A stretch of DNA of 64,000 nucleotides from Patescibacteria group bacterium. Its GTDB lineage: Bacteria > Patescibacteriota > Patescibacteriia > UBA10025 > JAHIVO01. The position numbers and the translations under genes are program-made. Shown piece after piece: positions 36,806-47,267 of this stretch. The notes beneath the pieces were generated by a model that worked only from the letters and a program-made list of their open reading frames with translations, had not been told where the DNA came from and made no database searches. Within the stretch, counting starts at the first letter, position 1. The number at the start of each line of letters is the position of its first letter. The stretch is from the NCBI GenBank assembly GCA_041660605.1, contig JBAZWB010000001.1:329295-393294 (forward strand), given 5' to 3'.

Positions 36806-37777
36806 TTGCATAAAATTATTTGTTTTATGAAACATATAAATAAAAAGACAATTTCTTTCATTGTTTTGGCCCTGGCCATTATTTTTACTTTTGTGTTTTT
36901 AAGGGGACATTTCAGCGATCTGAAAGTATTAACCAGGATAAGCCTTTGGGGCGCGTCGGTACTGGGTATTTTGATAATAATCACCACCGTATTAAATGGG
37001 TTGCGGATTAAATACACACTCGAGCCATTGCATATTAACTTACCAGCCAAAGAATGGCTCAGTATTTCCGTGACGAATTCTTTTTGGAATTATCTGCCTT
37101 TTCAGGGCGGTCTAATTTCACGGGGCATTTATTTAAAACAGAAATATCAGCTGAATTATATCGATTTCATCAGCATTACGGCGGCAACCTATCTAATCAC
37201 ATTTTTATCTTTGAGCTTGTCCGGCATTATCCTGGCGATGTTGGCCTTAAAAAATGTTGAAACGGCAATTTGGCCGGTGATTTTGTATTCACTTTTGGCG
37301 ATTTTTTCGCTTCTGATTCTGCTTTTTACACGTAATGGGGTGTTGCACAAATTTATCAGACTTAAAAAAGTTTTAGAGATTGAAGCGGGATTGAAATTAG
37401 TTTTGACAAACTCCAAACTGGTTTGGAGTTTGATTATACTGGACCTTTTATTTATTATCAGTTACGCGGTTCGCTTGTATCTGGCCGCGTATTTTCTGGG
37501 GTATAATATTAATATACTTTATTTTTTCGCAATTGCGCCCATTGGCATATTGGCAATATATACCGCGATTACTCCCGGCGGATTGATTATTCGCGAAGCA
37601 CTGATCGGGTTGCTGGCAAGCGCACTGCTGGTTAACGTTTCGGAAGTCGTAATTGCTTCAATTCTTGACAGAGCCGTTTTAATCATAATTATTTTTTCCT
37701 TAGGATTAATCTGCAATTACTATCTAACGCATAAGGCATTTTCAAAAAAATTTAACATTAACCAGTCAGAATCATGA
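36806..37777 (+). CDS. Polytopic membrane protein, flippase-like (UPF0104 / lysyl-PG-synthase TM-domain-like), tentative
   Basis: 323 aa, about 8 TM helices; sits inside the glycosylation cluster. Confidence 0.45.
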   Translation: MHKIICFMKHINKKTISFIVLALAIIFTFVFLRGHFSDLKVLTRISLWGASVLGILIIITTVLNGLRIKYTLEPLHINLPAKEWLSISVTNSFWNYLPFQGGLISRGIYLKQKYQLNYIDFISITAATYLITFLSLSLSGIILAMLALKNVETAIWPVILYSLLAIFSLLILLFTRNGVLHKFIRLKKVLEIEAGLKLVLTNSKLVWSLIILDLLFIISYAVRLYLAAYFLGYNINILYFFAIAPIGILAIYTAITPGGLIIREALIGLLASALLVNVSEVVIASILDRAVLIIIIFSLGLICNYYLTHKAFSKKFNINQSES

Positions 37778-38667
37778 GCAGTTTTGTCAATCGGAAGTTT
37801 TTATCTGACAGTTTCCGCCTGCTTTACAAATTTGGAGTAGGGCATGCGTTTAGGAGATTTTATGATTTGCTCAGGGTGAAAATTTATGAAAGAAAACGCA
37901 ATAAACGCTTTCACCGGCTTCTAGCCTCCACTCCGAAACACGTAGTAAAAAAAGTACTGGATTTTCAAATGGAGCTGGATTTGAATGATTTCGGTATCCA
38001 CAGGGATTTGTTCCTTGATGGAATCAGGGAGCCAATCGCTACCGCGCATTTGAAGTCATTGCTTAATCCTGATAGCGTGGTTCTGGAGGTCGGCGCGAAT
38101 ATCGGCTATTACGTGCTCATGGAATCAAAAATTTGCCGGAAAATATACGCCATAGAACCCGTCAGACAAAATATTCAAAATCTAAAACGCAATCTGGCCA
38201 TAAATAAGTGCAAAAATATTGAAGTATATGAGCTTGCCTTGGGCGACAAGAATGGCACGTTATCGATAAATATTTCTTCAAAAAGTAATTTACACAGTTT
38301 TTATCCTCATAGCGGTACAGTTGCCCACCAACAAGTGGAGATGCTGACCGGCGATGATTTTATAAAAAACAAAGAAGCGCCGACGTTTGTCAGAATGGAC
38401 GTTGAGGGTTACGAATTGAACATCATCAGGGGGATGGCGCAAACGCTAAAGCGCGTCAATAATATATTTATGGAAATCCATTCAGACATAATGAGCTTGC
38501 CGGAAACCCGCGAATTGATCGATCTTTTGCACCAGGCAGGCTTTCAGCCGGAGCTTATTGTCAAATATGACCGGCCAGGGTTGAGCAAGCTAATGCCCAT
38601 GAAACAGATAAAGAACATTTACCGCGGTGACGCGGGTGGTTATGAAGTTTTTTGGAAAAAAGCATAA
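37774..38667 (+). CDS. FkbM-family SAM-dependent methyltransferase
   Basis: 297 aa. VLEVGANIGYY (SAM-binding) and DVEGYELNIIRG motifs. Confidence 0.7.
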   Translation: MSSFVNRKFLSDSFRLLYKFGVGHAFRRFYDLLRVKIYERKRNKRFHRLLASTPKHVVKKVLDFQMELDLNDFGIHRDLFLDGIREPIATAHLKSLLNPDSVVLEVGANIGYYVLMESKICRKIYAIEPVRQNIQNLKRNLAINKCKNIEVYELALGDKNGTLSINISSKSNLHSFYPHSGTVAHQQVEMLTGDDFIKNKEAPTFVRMDVEGYELNIIRGMAQTLKRVNNIFMEIHSDIMSLPETRELIDLLHQAGFQPELIVKYDRPGLSKLMPMKQIKNIYRGDAGGYEVFWKKA

Positions 38668-38721
38668 TTAGCGCATTTCAATGACCTTGATCGGCAAGAA
38701 AAAATTTAATTTTTAATAATA

Positions 38722-40281
38722 ATGTTCAGGAAAAAAGAATTCTTAACAATAATTGGTTTATTCATTTTTTCAATTATTGTGAGGCTGGTTATCAGCGCTT
38801 TTTACCCCGTTGGCTCCGATTCCGTTTTATATTTGAAATTGGCTGAAAGGATTAGCCAGGGTTTTTTATCGCTAAATGAATTTAAAAAAGTGCATGAGTT
38901 TATTCAGCCGGGCTATTCTTTTTTCATTTACCTTTTTAATTTAGTAATCAATAACTGGGAGATCGCGGCATTGGCGGTTTCTATTATTAGCGGCGTTTTT
39001 TTGGTGCTCCTGACGTATTTACTGGCAAAAAGATTGTTTAATAGCACTACGGCGGTGATCGCCGGTATTTTGATGTGCCTTCATCCTATGGCTTTATATT
39101 TCTCCACCAGCGTGCTGACGGAATCATTGTTTACGGCTTTGCTAATTTCAGTAATTTACCTGAGCTGGCTGGCGTTAGTCAGGAAAAAGAGCGTTTTTTT
39201 CTTTATTCTAATCGGTTTTTTGATCGGCCTAGCTTATTATGTGAGAATTGTCGGATTAGCCGCGTTGCCGGTAGTTGTTCTATGGATACTGCTTTTTGGT
39301 TTTTTGATTGAGAAAAGAAAATTGAAATATTTATTGTTTTCCATTATGTTGTTGTGTTTAGGAGTGTTGGCGGTTGTTTCACCGTACCTGATCTATTTAT
39401 ATCAGCAAAAAGGAGAATTTGTAATTACCGGGGCGCAGAATACAGCTGAATATGTAAAAAGTGAGTTCGGTGCCGATAAAATGGAGACCAGATTACAAAA
39501 GCACCAGATATTTTCCTCACTTGATGAAACCGGCTCAGATTTTAAAATTAATGAAGTTAATGAAACAGCAAAAAAATCCACAGGCGATTTATTATCAATT
39601 TATTGGAAAAATTTTTGGGGCTGTATTACTGATAATATTATCAAGTTTTTAGGATATTTTTTTATTTTTAGCTTTACCTGCATATATATTCTTATCAGGA
39701 AAAGAAGTCGACAGGCAACCATATCATTTTTTTATTTGTTAAGTTGGATACCATTCTATCTGATAATTTATTATCAAGGTCGGCCTGATTTACGATATTA
39801 TTTTCCCGTATTGCCATTAATGATCATAATCATTGCCAGTTTGTTCAGTAGCATATTTAGCCATAAGTTTAATAAATTAACCCGTATATTTGGCCTAGCT
39901 AGCCTGATATTATTTTTTTTAATTATAGAAATGTTTATTAACAGAAAATTTCCCTTGGTACCCTTAAGTATTTTTAAAGAATCTAACTTTCATAAAGCAG
40001 GCATAGTAATTAAAGAAAATTTTGGCGCTAATCAAAAAATTTTATCGGAATATCCGGCGGTCACCTATTACTCCGAAGGCATCCATTATCCTTTGCCCGT
40101 TGATGATTATTCGTCGGTAACGCAGTTTGCCAGGTACCAGAATGTTGATTTGTTATTATTGATTAAGCAGGAGCACAGCACTCGCCCGAATATGGATTTG
40201 CTATATAATGTAACCGAAAACGACGACTGGAAATTGGTTATCTCCGCGGGCAGTTTGTATTTGTTTCAATTAAAAAAGTAG
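38722..40281 (+). CDS. ArnT/PMT-like GT-C membrane glycosyltransferase (tentative)
   Basis: 519 aa, about 11 TM helices in the N-terminal two-thirds, C-terminal soluble domain. Confidence 0.55.
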   Translation: MFRKKEFLTIIGLFIFSIIVRLVISAFYPVGSDSVLYLKLAERISQGFLSLNEFKKVHEFIQPGYSFFIYLFNLVINNWEIAALAVSIISGVFLVLLTYLLAKRLFNSTTAVIAGILMCLHPMALYFSTSVLTESLFTALLISVIYLSWLALVRKKSVFFFILIGFLIGLAYYVRIVGLAALPVVVLWILLFGFLIEKRKLKYLLFSIMLLCLGVLAVVSPYLIYLYQQKGEFVITGAQNTAEYVKSEFGADKMETRLQKHQIFSSLDETGSDFKINEVNETAKKSTGDLLSIYWKNFWGCITDNIIKFLGYFFIFSFTCIYILIRKRSRQATISFFYLLSWIPFYLIIYYQGRPDLRYYFPVLPLMIIIIASLFSSIFSHKFNKLTRIFGLASLILFFLIIEMFINRKFPLVPLSIFKESNFHKAGIVIKENFGANQKILSEYPAVTYYSEGIHYPLPVDDYSSVTQFARYQNVDLLLLIKQEHSTRPNMDLLYNVTENDDWKLVISAGSLYLFQLKK

Positions 40282-41727
40282 TTATAGATATATTTTTGGC
40301 AGGAGAACATTTGTCCAGATAATGACATTTCCTATCACACTGGCAAGAATCAGCAGGAGATAAAGCGCCGTCCTGCATTTTTTCCCTGCCAAGAAATCAA
40401 GGCCTTTCAGATATAAATAATAAATAGGCAGTATCAAAGGGAAAAAATACCTGCCTTCCACCGGGAAGGTATATTTGCCGTAGTTCAGGAGATTTTTCAG
40501 GAAAAGATAAAGATAAACCGCTTCCAGTGACAGTATAGAGAGCACTAAAAAAGTTTGTTTAACTTTGTCGGAAGACAGGGCGGTTTTTTTATTTTTTAAA
40601 TAAAGCCATATTAATCCAAACAAAGACAAAAAAGCAGAAAGCGCCCCCAAAACCATAAAGCTTATCGGCAATCCGGACTGGAGGTTAAAAGTGCGATTAT
40701 AGCCAAAAGTGGTGAATATATAAAAGTATCTGGTAAAAATGATATGAAAATACTGCCCGATTTGCAGATTTAAAAATTGCGGGTACGCTTCGGGCAGGCT
40801 GGGCACAGTTAAAAAACTTTGGTAAATCAGGAAGTTTCTGATATACCACCAGCCGGCGAGACCTATAGTTATAACAATCACCAGCAGCAGAAGTCTGATT
40901 ATTTTTTGGAATTTCTCCCGGCTAATTTTCAGATGATAAATAAACGGGATAAGCGCCAGCGCAGGAAAAATAAAAAACTGCTGTTTAGTCAGCAGGCCCA
41001 GCCCCAGGCAGAGGCCCAGCCAAACGGAGTTTTTTATGTTTAATTCGTCAATCAGCCTGATGATGAAATAAATTGTCGCGGTTGCCAGGCCAGTCAAAAG
41101 CACGTCATTGTTTATGCCTGACTCCACGTAGGAAAAAATCGGCTGGAAACCGATCAGCGCGGTTAAGGCCAGAGAGAAATAAAATTTCTTGCTCAGTCTC
41201 ATGGCAATAAGAAAGCAGAAATATACCGTGGCCAGGAAGATCAGCGCGGAAAATACGCGCATGGCGTACGATCGGGCAAAAACATTGGCTTTATAAAAAA
41301 GCAGGTAGGGGATCCCCTCCGCGGCGTAGTACAGCGGCGGATAGAGAACGGCGGCGTTTTTGTATTCGCCATCGGCTGGCAGTTTGTAGTAAAGTGACTG
41401 GAAATCGGGGTTTGAATATTCTTTCAGCGAGTGCCGGCCAAGTTCGGGCGTTACTTTAGGGATGATTCCGCCAGTTACCGAATTATTTACCGCAATTTTT
41501 GAGACTGCGTATTCTTCCGAAAAGGAAAGATCATAAGGCGTTTTGAATTTTCCCTGATAGATCGGCATTTTTTTTTCTTCTGCCAGGTATTGCGTATAGG
41601 AAAAATGCGCCGCTTCGTCATGATTACCCCAGGGTTTGGTGATAAAGACGAAGACCAGCTCCTTGGCGAAAACCAGCATCAGTACCGTTGAGAGCAAGTA
41701 TTTATATTTTTTAGTCATGAGTCTCAA
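40282..41727 (-). CDS. Polytopic membrane protein, paralog 1 (DUF2142/GT-C-like, tentative)
   Basis: 481 aa. N-terminal KPWGNHDEAAHFSYTQYL motif shared with the paralog at 42403-43914. Confidence 0.55.
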   Translation of the reverse strand: MRLMTKKYKYLLSTVLMLVFAKELVFVFITKPWGNHDEAAHFSYTQYLAEEKKMPIYQGKFKTPYDLSFSEEYAVSKIAVNNSVTGGIIPKVTPELGRHSLKEYSNPDFQSLYYKLPADGEYKNAAVLYPPLYYAAEGIPYLLFYKANVFARSYAMRVFSALIFLATVYFCFLIAMRLSKKFYFSLALTALIGFQPIFSYVESGINNDVLLTGLATATIYFIIRLIDELNIKNSVWLGLCLGLGLLTKQQFFIFPALALIPFIYHLKISREKFQKIIRLLLLVIVITIGLAGWWYIRNFLIYQSFLTVPSLPEAYPQFLNLQIGQYFHIIFTRYFYIFTTFGYNRTFNLQSGLPISFMVLGALSAFLSLFGLIWLYLKNKKTALSSDKVKQTFLVLSILSLEAVYLYLFLKNLLNYGKYTFPVEGRYFFPLILPIYYLYLKGLDFLAGKKCRTALYLLLILASVIGNVIIWTNVLLPKIYL

Positions 41728-42406
41728 TAAAAAGGTATTTAACCAGCAACCACAGCAAACAGACGGTCAGTAAAAGAAAGATAATAAATATAACCGGTAA
41801 AAAGGATTTGCTATAAAAAATTCCGGACTTGGCATAAGTCAGCCGGTTCACCAGGACACTGAGAGACGAGGGTGCATAGTACCGCCAATCCAGAGCCAGT
41901 CGATAATCGGTATCAGCAATACCATTAACTAACAGCTGTCCGCTGTCACTGTTTTTCGACGGTACTGCCAGCAGGGAAGCATCAGTCGGCCAGCTGTCTT
42001 TTTGAATTTGGAAAGAGTAGGTTTTTCCCTGGGAATCGCCAAGAGGTTCGAATTTCCAGGTAATATATCCCGCCTGGTTATTGGCAGGATTAAAATTAGC
42101 TGTTTTCTCCCTCAATACTGTCTTTTCTTTGCTATCTGATAATTTTAAATTTAATGATATTTTTTCAGAAGATTTTATAGGGATTTTAATAATTGCCAGG
42201 TCGTTGTTTGTAGAATAGATATTTTGTTCCGCAATTAGTCGATTATTTGCTTTAATTGTTAGTTCGTAGGAATATTTTAAACTGATTAAATTAGAACCTT
42301 GAGTGTCGTAAAATTTATTATCGGTATTTATCCTGATAATAAAAAATACTGCAATGAAAATGATTAAAATAATGGCGGTGAATTGTATTATTCTGATTTT
42401 TATCAT
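41711..42406 (-). CDS. Bitopic hypothetical protein (N- and C-terminal TM helices, extracytoplasmic middle)
   Basis: 231 aa; overlaps both flanking paralog genes by 4-17 bp, consistent with translational coupling. Confidence 0.45.
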   Translation of the reverse strand: MIKIRIIQFTAIILIIFIAVFFIIRINTDNKFYDTQGSNLISLKYSYELTIKANNRLIAEQNIYSTNNDLAIIKIPIKSSEKISLNLKLSDSKEKTVLREKTANFNPANNQAGYITWKFEPLGDSQGKTYSFQIQKDSWPTDASLLAVPSKNSDSGQLLVNGIADTDYRLALDWRYYAPSSLSVLVNRLTYAKSGIFYSKSFLPVIFIIFLLLTVCLLWLLVKYLFIETHD

Positions 42407-43914
42407 AAATAAAAACGGGGAATTATAACCTGAAAAATTGCAATATAATTAATCGCGATCGCTATAAGGCAAATCAGCAAGTAGGCCCAGTTGATGAATT
42501 TTTTTGCAACCAGATAGCGCCAGCCGGTCAAAAAGAAGAAACTAAAGACGAATATCAGAGGCAGGTAATACCTGCCATCGGTCGGAAATCTGGCTTGTCC
42601 GGTGAGAAAAAGCGATTTGGAAAAAATTAGCAAGAAAATCAGTTCCAGCAACAGGGCGCTGATGATCAGGGAAATGGCGATTATCTTTTTTTCTCTGGCG
42701 ATTAGTTTCCAGCGCTGCCTGACCAGTATCAGCAAGCCAAAGCAACTTAAAATAATCGCGGTAATTACCGCGCCCATAATGTAGATGGGCAGGCCCATTT
42801 CCGTGGCAAAACCAAAGATAAAATTCAATGACATAAAACCGTATAGCCAGCGTTGGAAGTACTGGGGCCAGACTTGACTGAAACTAGCCGGCGTGGCAAG
42901 AGCGGCGGTATTTTCTCCGGAAGAAGACATAAAAAAAGTACCATATTGCTGATAACTCCAGACGAACCACCAGGCACAAAGTACCAGAGATATTAAAATC
43001 AATGCCACTAACCCAAGCGCCACCTTTTTTCTGATGTCAGTATTTTTAATAAAATGGTAAATAAAAGGGATAACGGCAATCAATGGCATAAATATAAACT
43101 GCGGTTTGGTCAGCAGGCCCAGGCCAAGAGTAATCCCCAGAAAGATTATTTCCCGCCACCTAAAATTCTGGATCAGCCTGACGCACCAATAGAGCGACAG
43201 GGTTGATAAAAAAATCAGCAGAATGTCATTATTAATCCCGTTGGCCAGATGGCTGAAGACCGGCAGCAGGCCCGTCAGCAGGCATAGAGTCAGGGAAAAT
43301 TTCGTATTTTTTGTTATCAGTTTGGCCAGTAAATAGCACAGCCAGATTGTCGCCAGGTAAATCAGGGAAGAAAAAATTCTCATGGCATACATCCTGGTCA
43401 GGATATCGCTGTGGTAAAAAACTGAATAGGGGATAGCCATGGCCGCATAATAAAGCGGCTGGTAAACTGCCGCGGAATTTTTATATTCCGGAGTTTTTGG
43501 CAGTTGGTAATATAAATTTAAATATCCAGCCGGCGCGGTGCTTATATTCAGGGGATGTCTGTCCAGGCCGCTCAGCTGCCGCGCAATATCACCGGAAGCA
43601 ATTGACGGGTTGTTAAATAATTGATGCACCAGGCGGTATTGCTTGTTTGAACCTTTCATCAGCCGGGTAGCTTCGGTCCTGATTTCCGATTCCGCGTATT
43701 CCTGGGAAAAAGAAAGGACAGTGGCGTCAGTAAAAGCGCCCTGATAAACAGGGAGTTTCTTTTCTTCTACTAAATACTGGGTATAAGCAAAGTGGGCCGG
43801 CTCGTCGTGATTCTGCCAGGGTGGGATGAGAAATATAAAAATCAGCTCTTTCAGAAAAACAGCGGACAGTATTAAAAGCAGAATTATGCTAGATCTTTTT
43901 GTAAATAGCTTCAC
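42403..43914 (-). CDS. Polytopic membrane protein, paralog 2 (DUF2142/GT-C-like, tentative)
   Basis: 503 aa. N-terminal PPWQNHDEPAHFAYTQYL motif; same architecture as 40282-41727. Confidence 0.55.
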   Translation of the reverse strand: MKLFTKRSSIILLLILSAVFLKELIFIFLIPPWQNHDEPAHFAYTQYLVEEKKLPVYQGAFTDATVLSFSQEYAESEIRTEATRLMKGSNKQYRLVHQLFNNPSIASGDIARQLSGLDRHPLNISTAPAGYLNLYYQLPKTPEYKNSAAVYQPLYYAAMAIPYSVFYHSDILTRMYAMRIFSSLIYLATIWLCYLLAKLITKNTKFSLTLCLLTGLLPVFSHLANGINNDILLIFLSTLSLYWCVRLIQNFRWREIIFLGITLGLGLLTKPQFIFMPLIAVIPFIYHFIKNTDIRKKVALGLVALILISLVLCAWWFVWSYQQYGTFFMSSSGENTAALATPASFSQVWPQYFQRWLYGFMSLNFIFGFATEMGLPIYIMGAVITAIILSCFGLLILVRQRWKLIAREKKIIAISLIISALLLELIFLLIFSKSLFLTGQARFPTDGRYYLPLIFVFSFFFLTGWRYLVAKKFINWAYLLICLIAIAINYIAIFQVIIPRFYL

Positions 43915-44046
43915 GAATTTTTTTTATTAGGACTTGCATGAAGCCCTTATAATGTTAATAAGTTCATTTTATCATTATTTTGAAGACTTTACAAAATGCA
44001 AAAAATGTGTTAAAATTAAACCAGTTGAGTACGAAAATCAAAAATT

Positions 44047-44439
44047 ATGTCAGATAACATTTTACTGGCCACTTTAAAGTACATAGCTTTCGAGATTCTA
44101 TGGGATATTATTTATTTTCCCATCTGGTGGTACACCAAAGGCCTGGCCAGAATGGCTAACTATTGTCTTAACAGCGCGCGCTTCCATTTATACCGCCGCG
44201 TGGCTTTGGGTATCTGGATGAAAAATATGTTTAGACCCATGTACGGCGATTATACCAGGGAAGGGCGGATCATCAGTTTTTTCATGAGAATGGTCGTTTT
44301 GTTCTGGAAATTATTGTCCACTGTTTTATGGTTTATCGTTTTGCTTTTAATTTTTATAATGTGGATCATCCTGCCATTGGCGGTAATATATTATTTGCTT
44401 TTTCAATTGTTTGATCTGCCTTTTTTAAAGATTAGCTAG
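44047..44439 (+). CDS. Small hypothetical membrane protein
   Basis: 130 aa, 3 hydrophobic helices; immediately upstream of the Clp ATPase gene. Confidence 0.4.
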   Translation: MSDNILLATLKYIAFEILWDIIYFPIWWYTKGLARMANYCLNSARFHLYRRVALGIWMKNMFRPMYGDYTREGRIISFFMRMVVLFWKLLSTVLWFIVLLLIFIMWIILPLAVIYYLLFQLFDLPFLKIS

Positions 44440-44444
44440 CTGAT

Positions 44445-47210
44445 ATGCCGAAACAAACCGGAAAAAACTTTATTTTCCTGGAATGCCCTCTCTGCCATGG
44501 AAGCGGACGAGTGCAAAATGAAGCATGCCGCCGCTGCCGCGAATATGGTTCGCTGGCCTGGCTGGATGGGGATATTTTGTATTGGGGCAAAAAAATTGAC
44601 TCGCTGCATATTTTCGAGGAGGAACTGGAAAGGCTCGTTAAAGGCATAATAAATGGTTTTTTAATATTTTTTGGATTAATTGGCCTGGCCGCGCTTTTCG
44701 TGACCATCATTAAAGCGACGCAGGACGGCGCTTTGGCCTGGAAGTTTATTTTTCAAAGAAGCCAATTACTGGGAATATTTTCAGTGACTTTACTGACTGA
44801 TTTATACGCGTACTACCGGATGCAGCGCGAATCTGTGCTGGAAAAATCAGTCAAACCAAAAAGCTTCGACGTTTTATTGACTGAAGAGAGTCCGGAATCG
44901 CTTTTTGAAAAAGCCCTGGCCATGGATAAGAAAAAAATGTCGGAGATTTCCTACACGCTTACTCTTGATGCCAAACGCGCCGTAGAGCAGGCCTGGCAGA
45001 TGTCGGGAAAAATGAAACATGCCGAGACTAAGCCTATCCATCTTTTAGCGGCCCTGCTGAACAACGAGCAGACCAGGGTGGTGCTTTTCCGCCTGGGCAT
45101 AGACGTTAAGGAGCTGGTAGCGAAGATTACGCGCAATCTGTCGAAACTGCCTGCGCGGGAAAAAGGCGATAGTCTGATTTCCTCCGATTTCAAGAAAGTT
45201 CTGCTGCGCGCATATGCTGAGGCATTTTATGCCAGGCGCCAGCGGGTGGATATCCCCCAATTGCTGGTGGCAATAATCTTCGTAGATGATGACAGCCGGG
45301 ATATTTTTTATGATTTAGAAATTGAGCTGGAACAACTGGTTAACGTGGTTGAATGGCTGAATATCCAGCATCGCCTGTCGGTAAAATGGCATAATTGGCG
45401 CAGCAAGGCCATATATAAATCCAAGGGCCCGATGAACAAATCAATGACTGCTCAGGCCACTCCCTTGCTGGATCGTTTCAGTCACGATATGACGCAGCTG
45501 GCCAGACAGGGTGTGCTGGCGCCGTGCATTGGCAGAGACCGGGAGCTGGAAGAGGCGCTGCGGGTTTTACAGGGCGGGAAAAATGTAATTTTTTCCGGAT
45601 TTCCCGGCGTGGGCAAGACCAGCATCATCGAGGGCATTGCCGAACTGATGGCTTCAGAAGAAGTGCCGGAAATTTTGCAGGACAAGAGGCTAGTCAGCCT
45701 CTCTGTCGCCTCCCTGGTTGGCGCCGCCAGCCATCAGGGTGAGCTGGAAGGCGTCATATTGCAAATAATAAATGAGATAGTCCGCTCAGGAAACATTGTC
45801 GTTTACATTGATAATATACAGAATATGGTGGGCACTTCCACCGGCGGTTCGGAAAAAATGGATATCGCGGAAATACTGGCTAATGCCCTGCAGAAACATT
45901 TATTCTATTGCGTCGCTTCCACTACGCCGCTTGATTACCGGCGCTATATTGAGGGCAGTAATGCATTGATGTCCGTATTTCAAAAAGTAAATGTAGAGGA
46001 GCCTGATACCAACGGCGCTATACAGATATTGGAAGGCAAAGCGGGCGGAATAGAAGTGAAGAATCAGATTTATTTTTCTTATGAATCGATTGAAAAAACC
46101 GTAAAATTGTCAGAGCGCTATATCCATGAGCGTTATCTGCCGGAAAAAGCCATTTCCATACTGGAAGAAGTGGGCGTCTATGTGCGCAAGAAAAAAGGCA
46201 AGGACGCCATTGTCAGCGGCGAGGACGTGGCCGAAGTCATTTCCAGTAAGACCAACGTGCCGGTCACCAAAGTCACGCAAAAAGAATCAGAAAGACTTTT
46301 GGATTTAGAAGAAATTATCCATAAACGCATGGTCAACCAGGAAGAGGCGGTGCGGGCTGTTTCCACCGCTTTGCGTCGGGCCAGAGCGGAATTGCGCGAT
46401 GTCCGCCGGCCGATAGTCAATTTGCTTTTCCTGGGCCCGACCGGCGTAGGCAAGACAGAGCTGGCCAAGACTGTAGCCGAAGTTTATTTCGGTTCGGAAG
46501 ACGACATGATCCGGCTGGATATGTCGGAGTATCAGGATAAATCTTCCATCAACCGCCTGATCGGAGCGCCTCCTGGATATGCCGGAGCAACCAGCGGCGG
46601 CTACCTGACGGAAGCCATCAGAACCAAGCCTTTTGCCCTGCTGCTGCTGGATGAAATCGAAAAAGCGCATCCGGACCTGTTAAATATCTTTCTGCAGGTG
46701 ATGGATGACGGCCGGCTGACTGATACTCTCGGGCGGACCATTGATTTTACAAACGTTATTTTAATCGCCACGTCCAATGCCGGCACCAGCCTGATCCAGC
46801 AGAGGATTCAGGAGAATACGCCTTTGGAAAAAATTAAAGAAGAGCTGATTAATCAGGCTCTGCAGCCTTACTTCCGGCCGGAATTTCTGAATCGTTTTGA
46901 CCATATCGTAGTCTTCCGTCCGCTGAGCATGGAGCATATTATCCAGATAGTCGGACTAATGCTCAAACAGGTAGCCAGCCGCCTTGCCCTGAAAGGTATT
47001 CAGCTTGATGCGACAAAAGAAGCAATGGTAGAATTGGCACAGCAGGGCTTTGACCCGATTTTTGGAGCACGTCCATTGCGCCGGGCGATACAGGATAGGG
47101 TAGATAACGCTTTGGCCAGCTATTTACTGCAGGGAAAACTGGGACGCCGCGATGTAGCGGTCCTTGAGCCCGGCGGCCGTATCAGCGTCAGGCGCGCTCA
47201 GCCGCTATAA
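44445..47210 (+). CDS. ClpC/ClpB-like double AAA+ ATPase with an N-terminal zinc-ribbon and a transmembrane helix
   Basis: 921 aa. CPLCHGSGRVQNEACRRCREYG (CxxC...CxxC). TM helix FLIFFGLIGLAALFVTII. Clp_N repeats. D1 Walker A GFPGVGKTS. D2 GPTGVGKTELAK and sensor/arginine-finger region. Confidence 0.8.
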   Translation: MPKQTGKNFIFLECPLCHGSGRVQNEACRRCREYGSLAWLDGDILYWGKKIDSLHIFEEELERLVKGIINGFLIFFGLIGLAALFVTIIKATQDGALAWKFIFQRSQLLGIFSVTLLTDLYAYYRMQRESVLEKSVKPKSFDVLLTEESPESLFEKALAMDKKKMSEISYTLTLDAKRAVEQAWQMSGKMKHAETKPIHLLAALLNNEQTRVVLFRLGIDVKELVAKITRNLSKLPAREKGDSLISSDFKKVLLRAYAEAFYARRQRVDIPQLLVAIIFVDDDSRDIFYDLEIELEQLVNVVEWLNIQHRLSVKWHNWRSKAIYKSKGPMNKSMTAQATPLLDRFSHDMTQLARQGVLAPCIGRDRELEEALRVLQGGKNVIFSGFPGVGKTSIIEGIAELMASEEVPEILQDKRLVSLSVASLVGAASHQGELEGVILQIINEIVRSGNIVVYIDNIQNMVGTSTGGSEKMDIAEILANALQKHLFYCVASTTPLDYRRYIEGSNALMSVFQKVNVEEPDTNGAIQILEGKAGGIEVKNQIYFSYESIEKTVKLSERYIHERYLPEKAISILEEVGVYVRKKKGKDAIVSGEDVAEVISSKTNVPVTKVTQKESERLLDLEEIIHKRMVNQEEAVRAVSTALRRARAELRDVRRPIVNLLFLGPTGVGKTELAKTVAEVYFGSEDDMIRLDMSEYQDKSSINRLIGAPPGYAGATSGGYLTEAIRTKPFALLLLDEIEKAHPDLLNIFLQVMDDGRLTDTLGRTIDFTNVILIATSNAGTSLIQQRIQENTPLEKIKEELINQALQPYFRPEFLNRFDHIVVFRPLSMEHIIQIVGLMLKQVASRLALKGIQLDATKEAMVELAQQGFDPIFGARPLRRAIQDRVDNALASYLLQGKLGRRDVAVLEPGGRISVRRAQPL

Positions 47211-47267
47211 ATAAAAAAGAGAGATCAATTTAATAATCTCCCGCCATTTTTCAGCGTTGGCGCTTGT

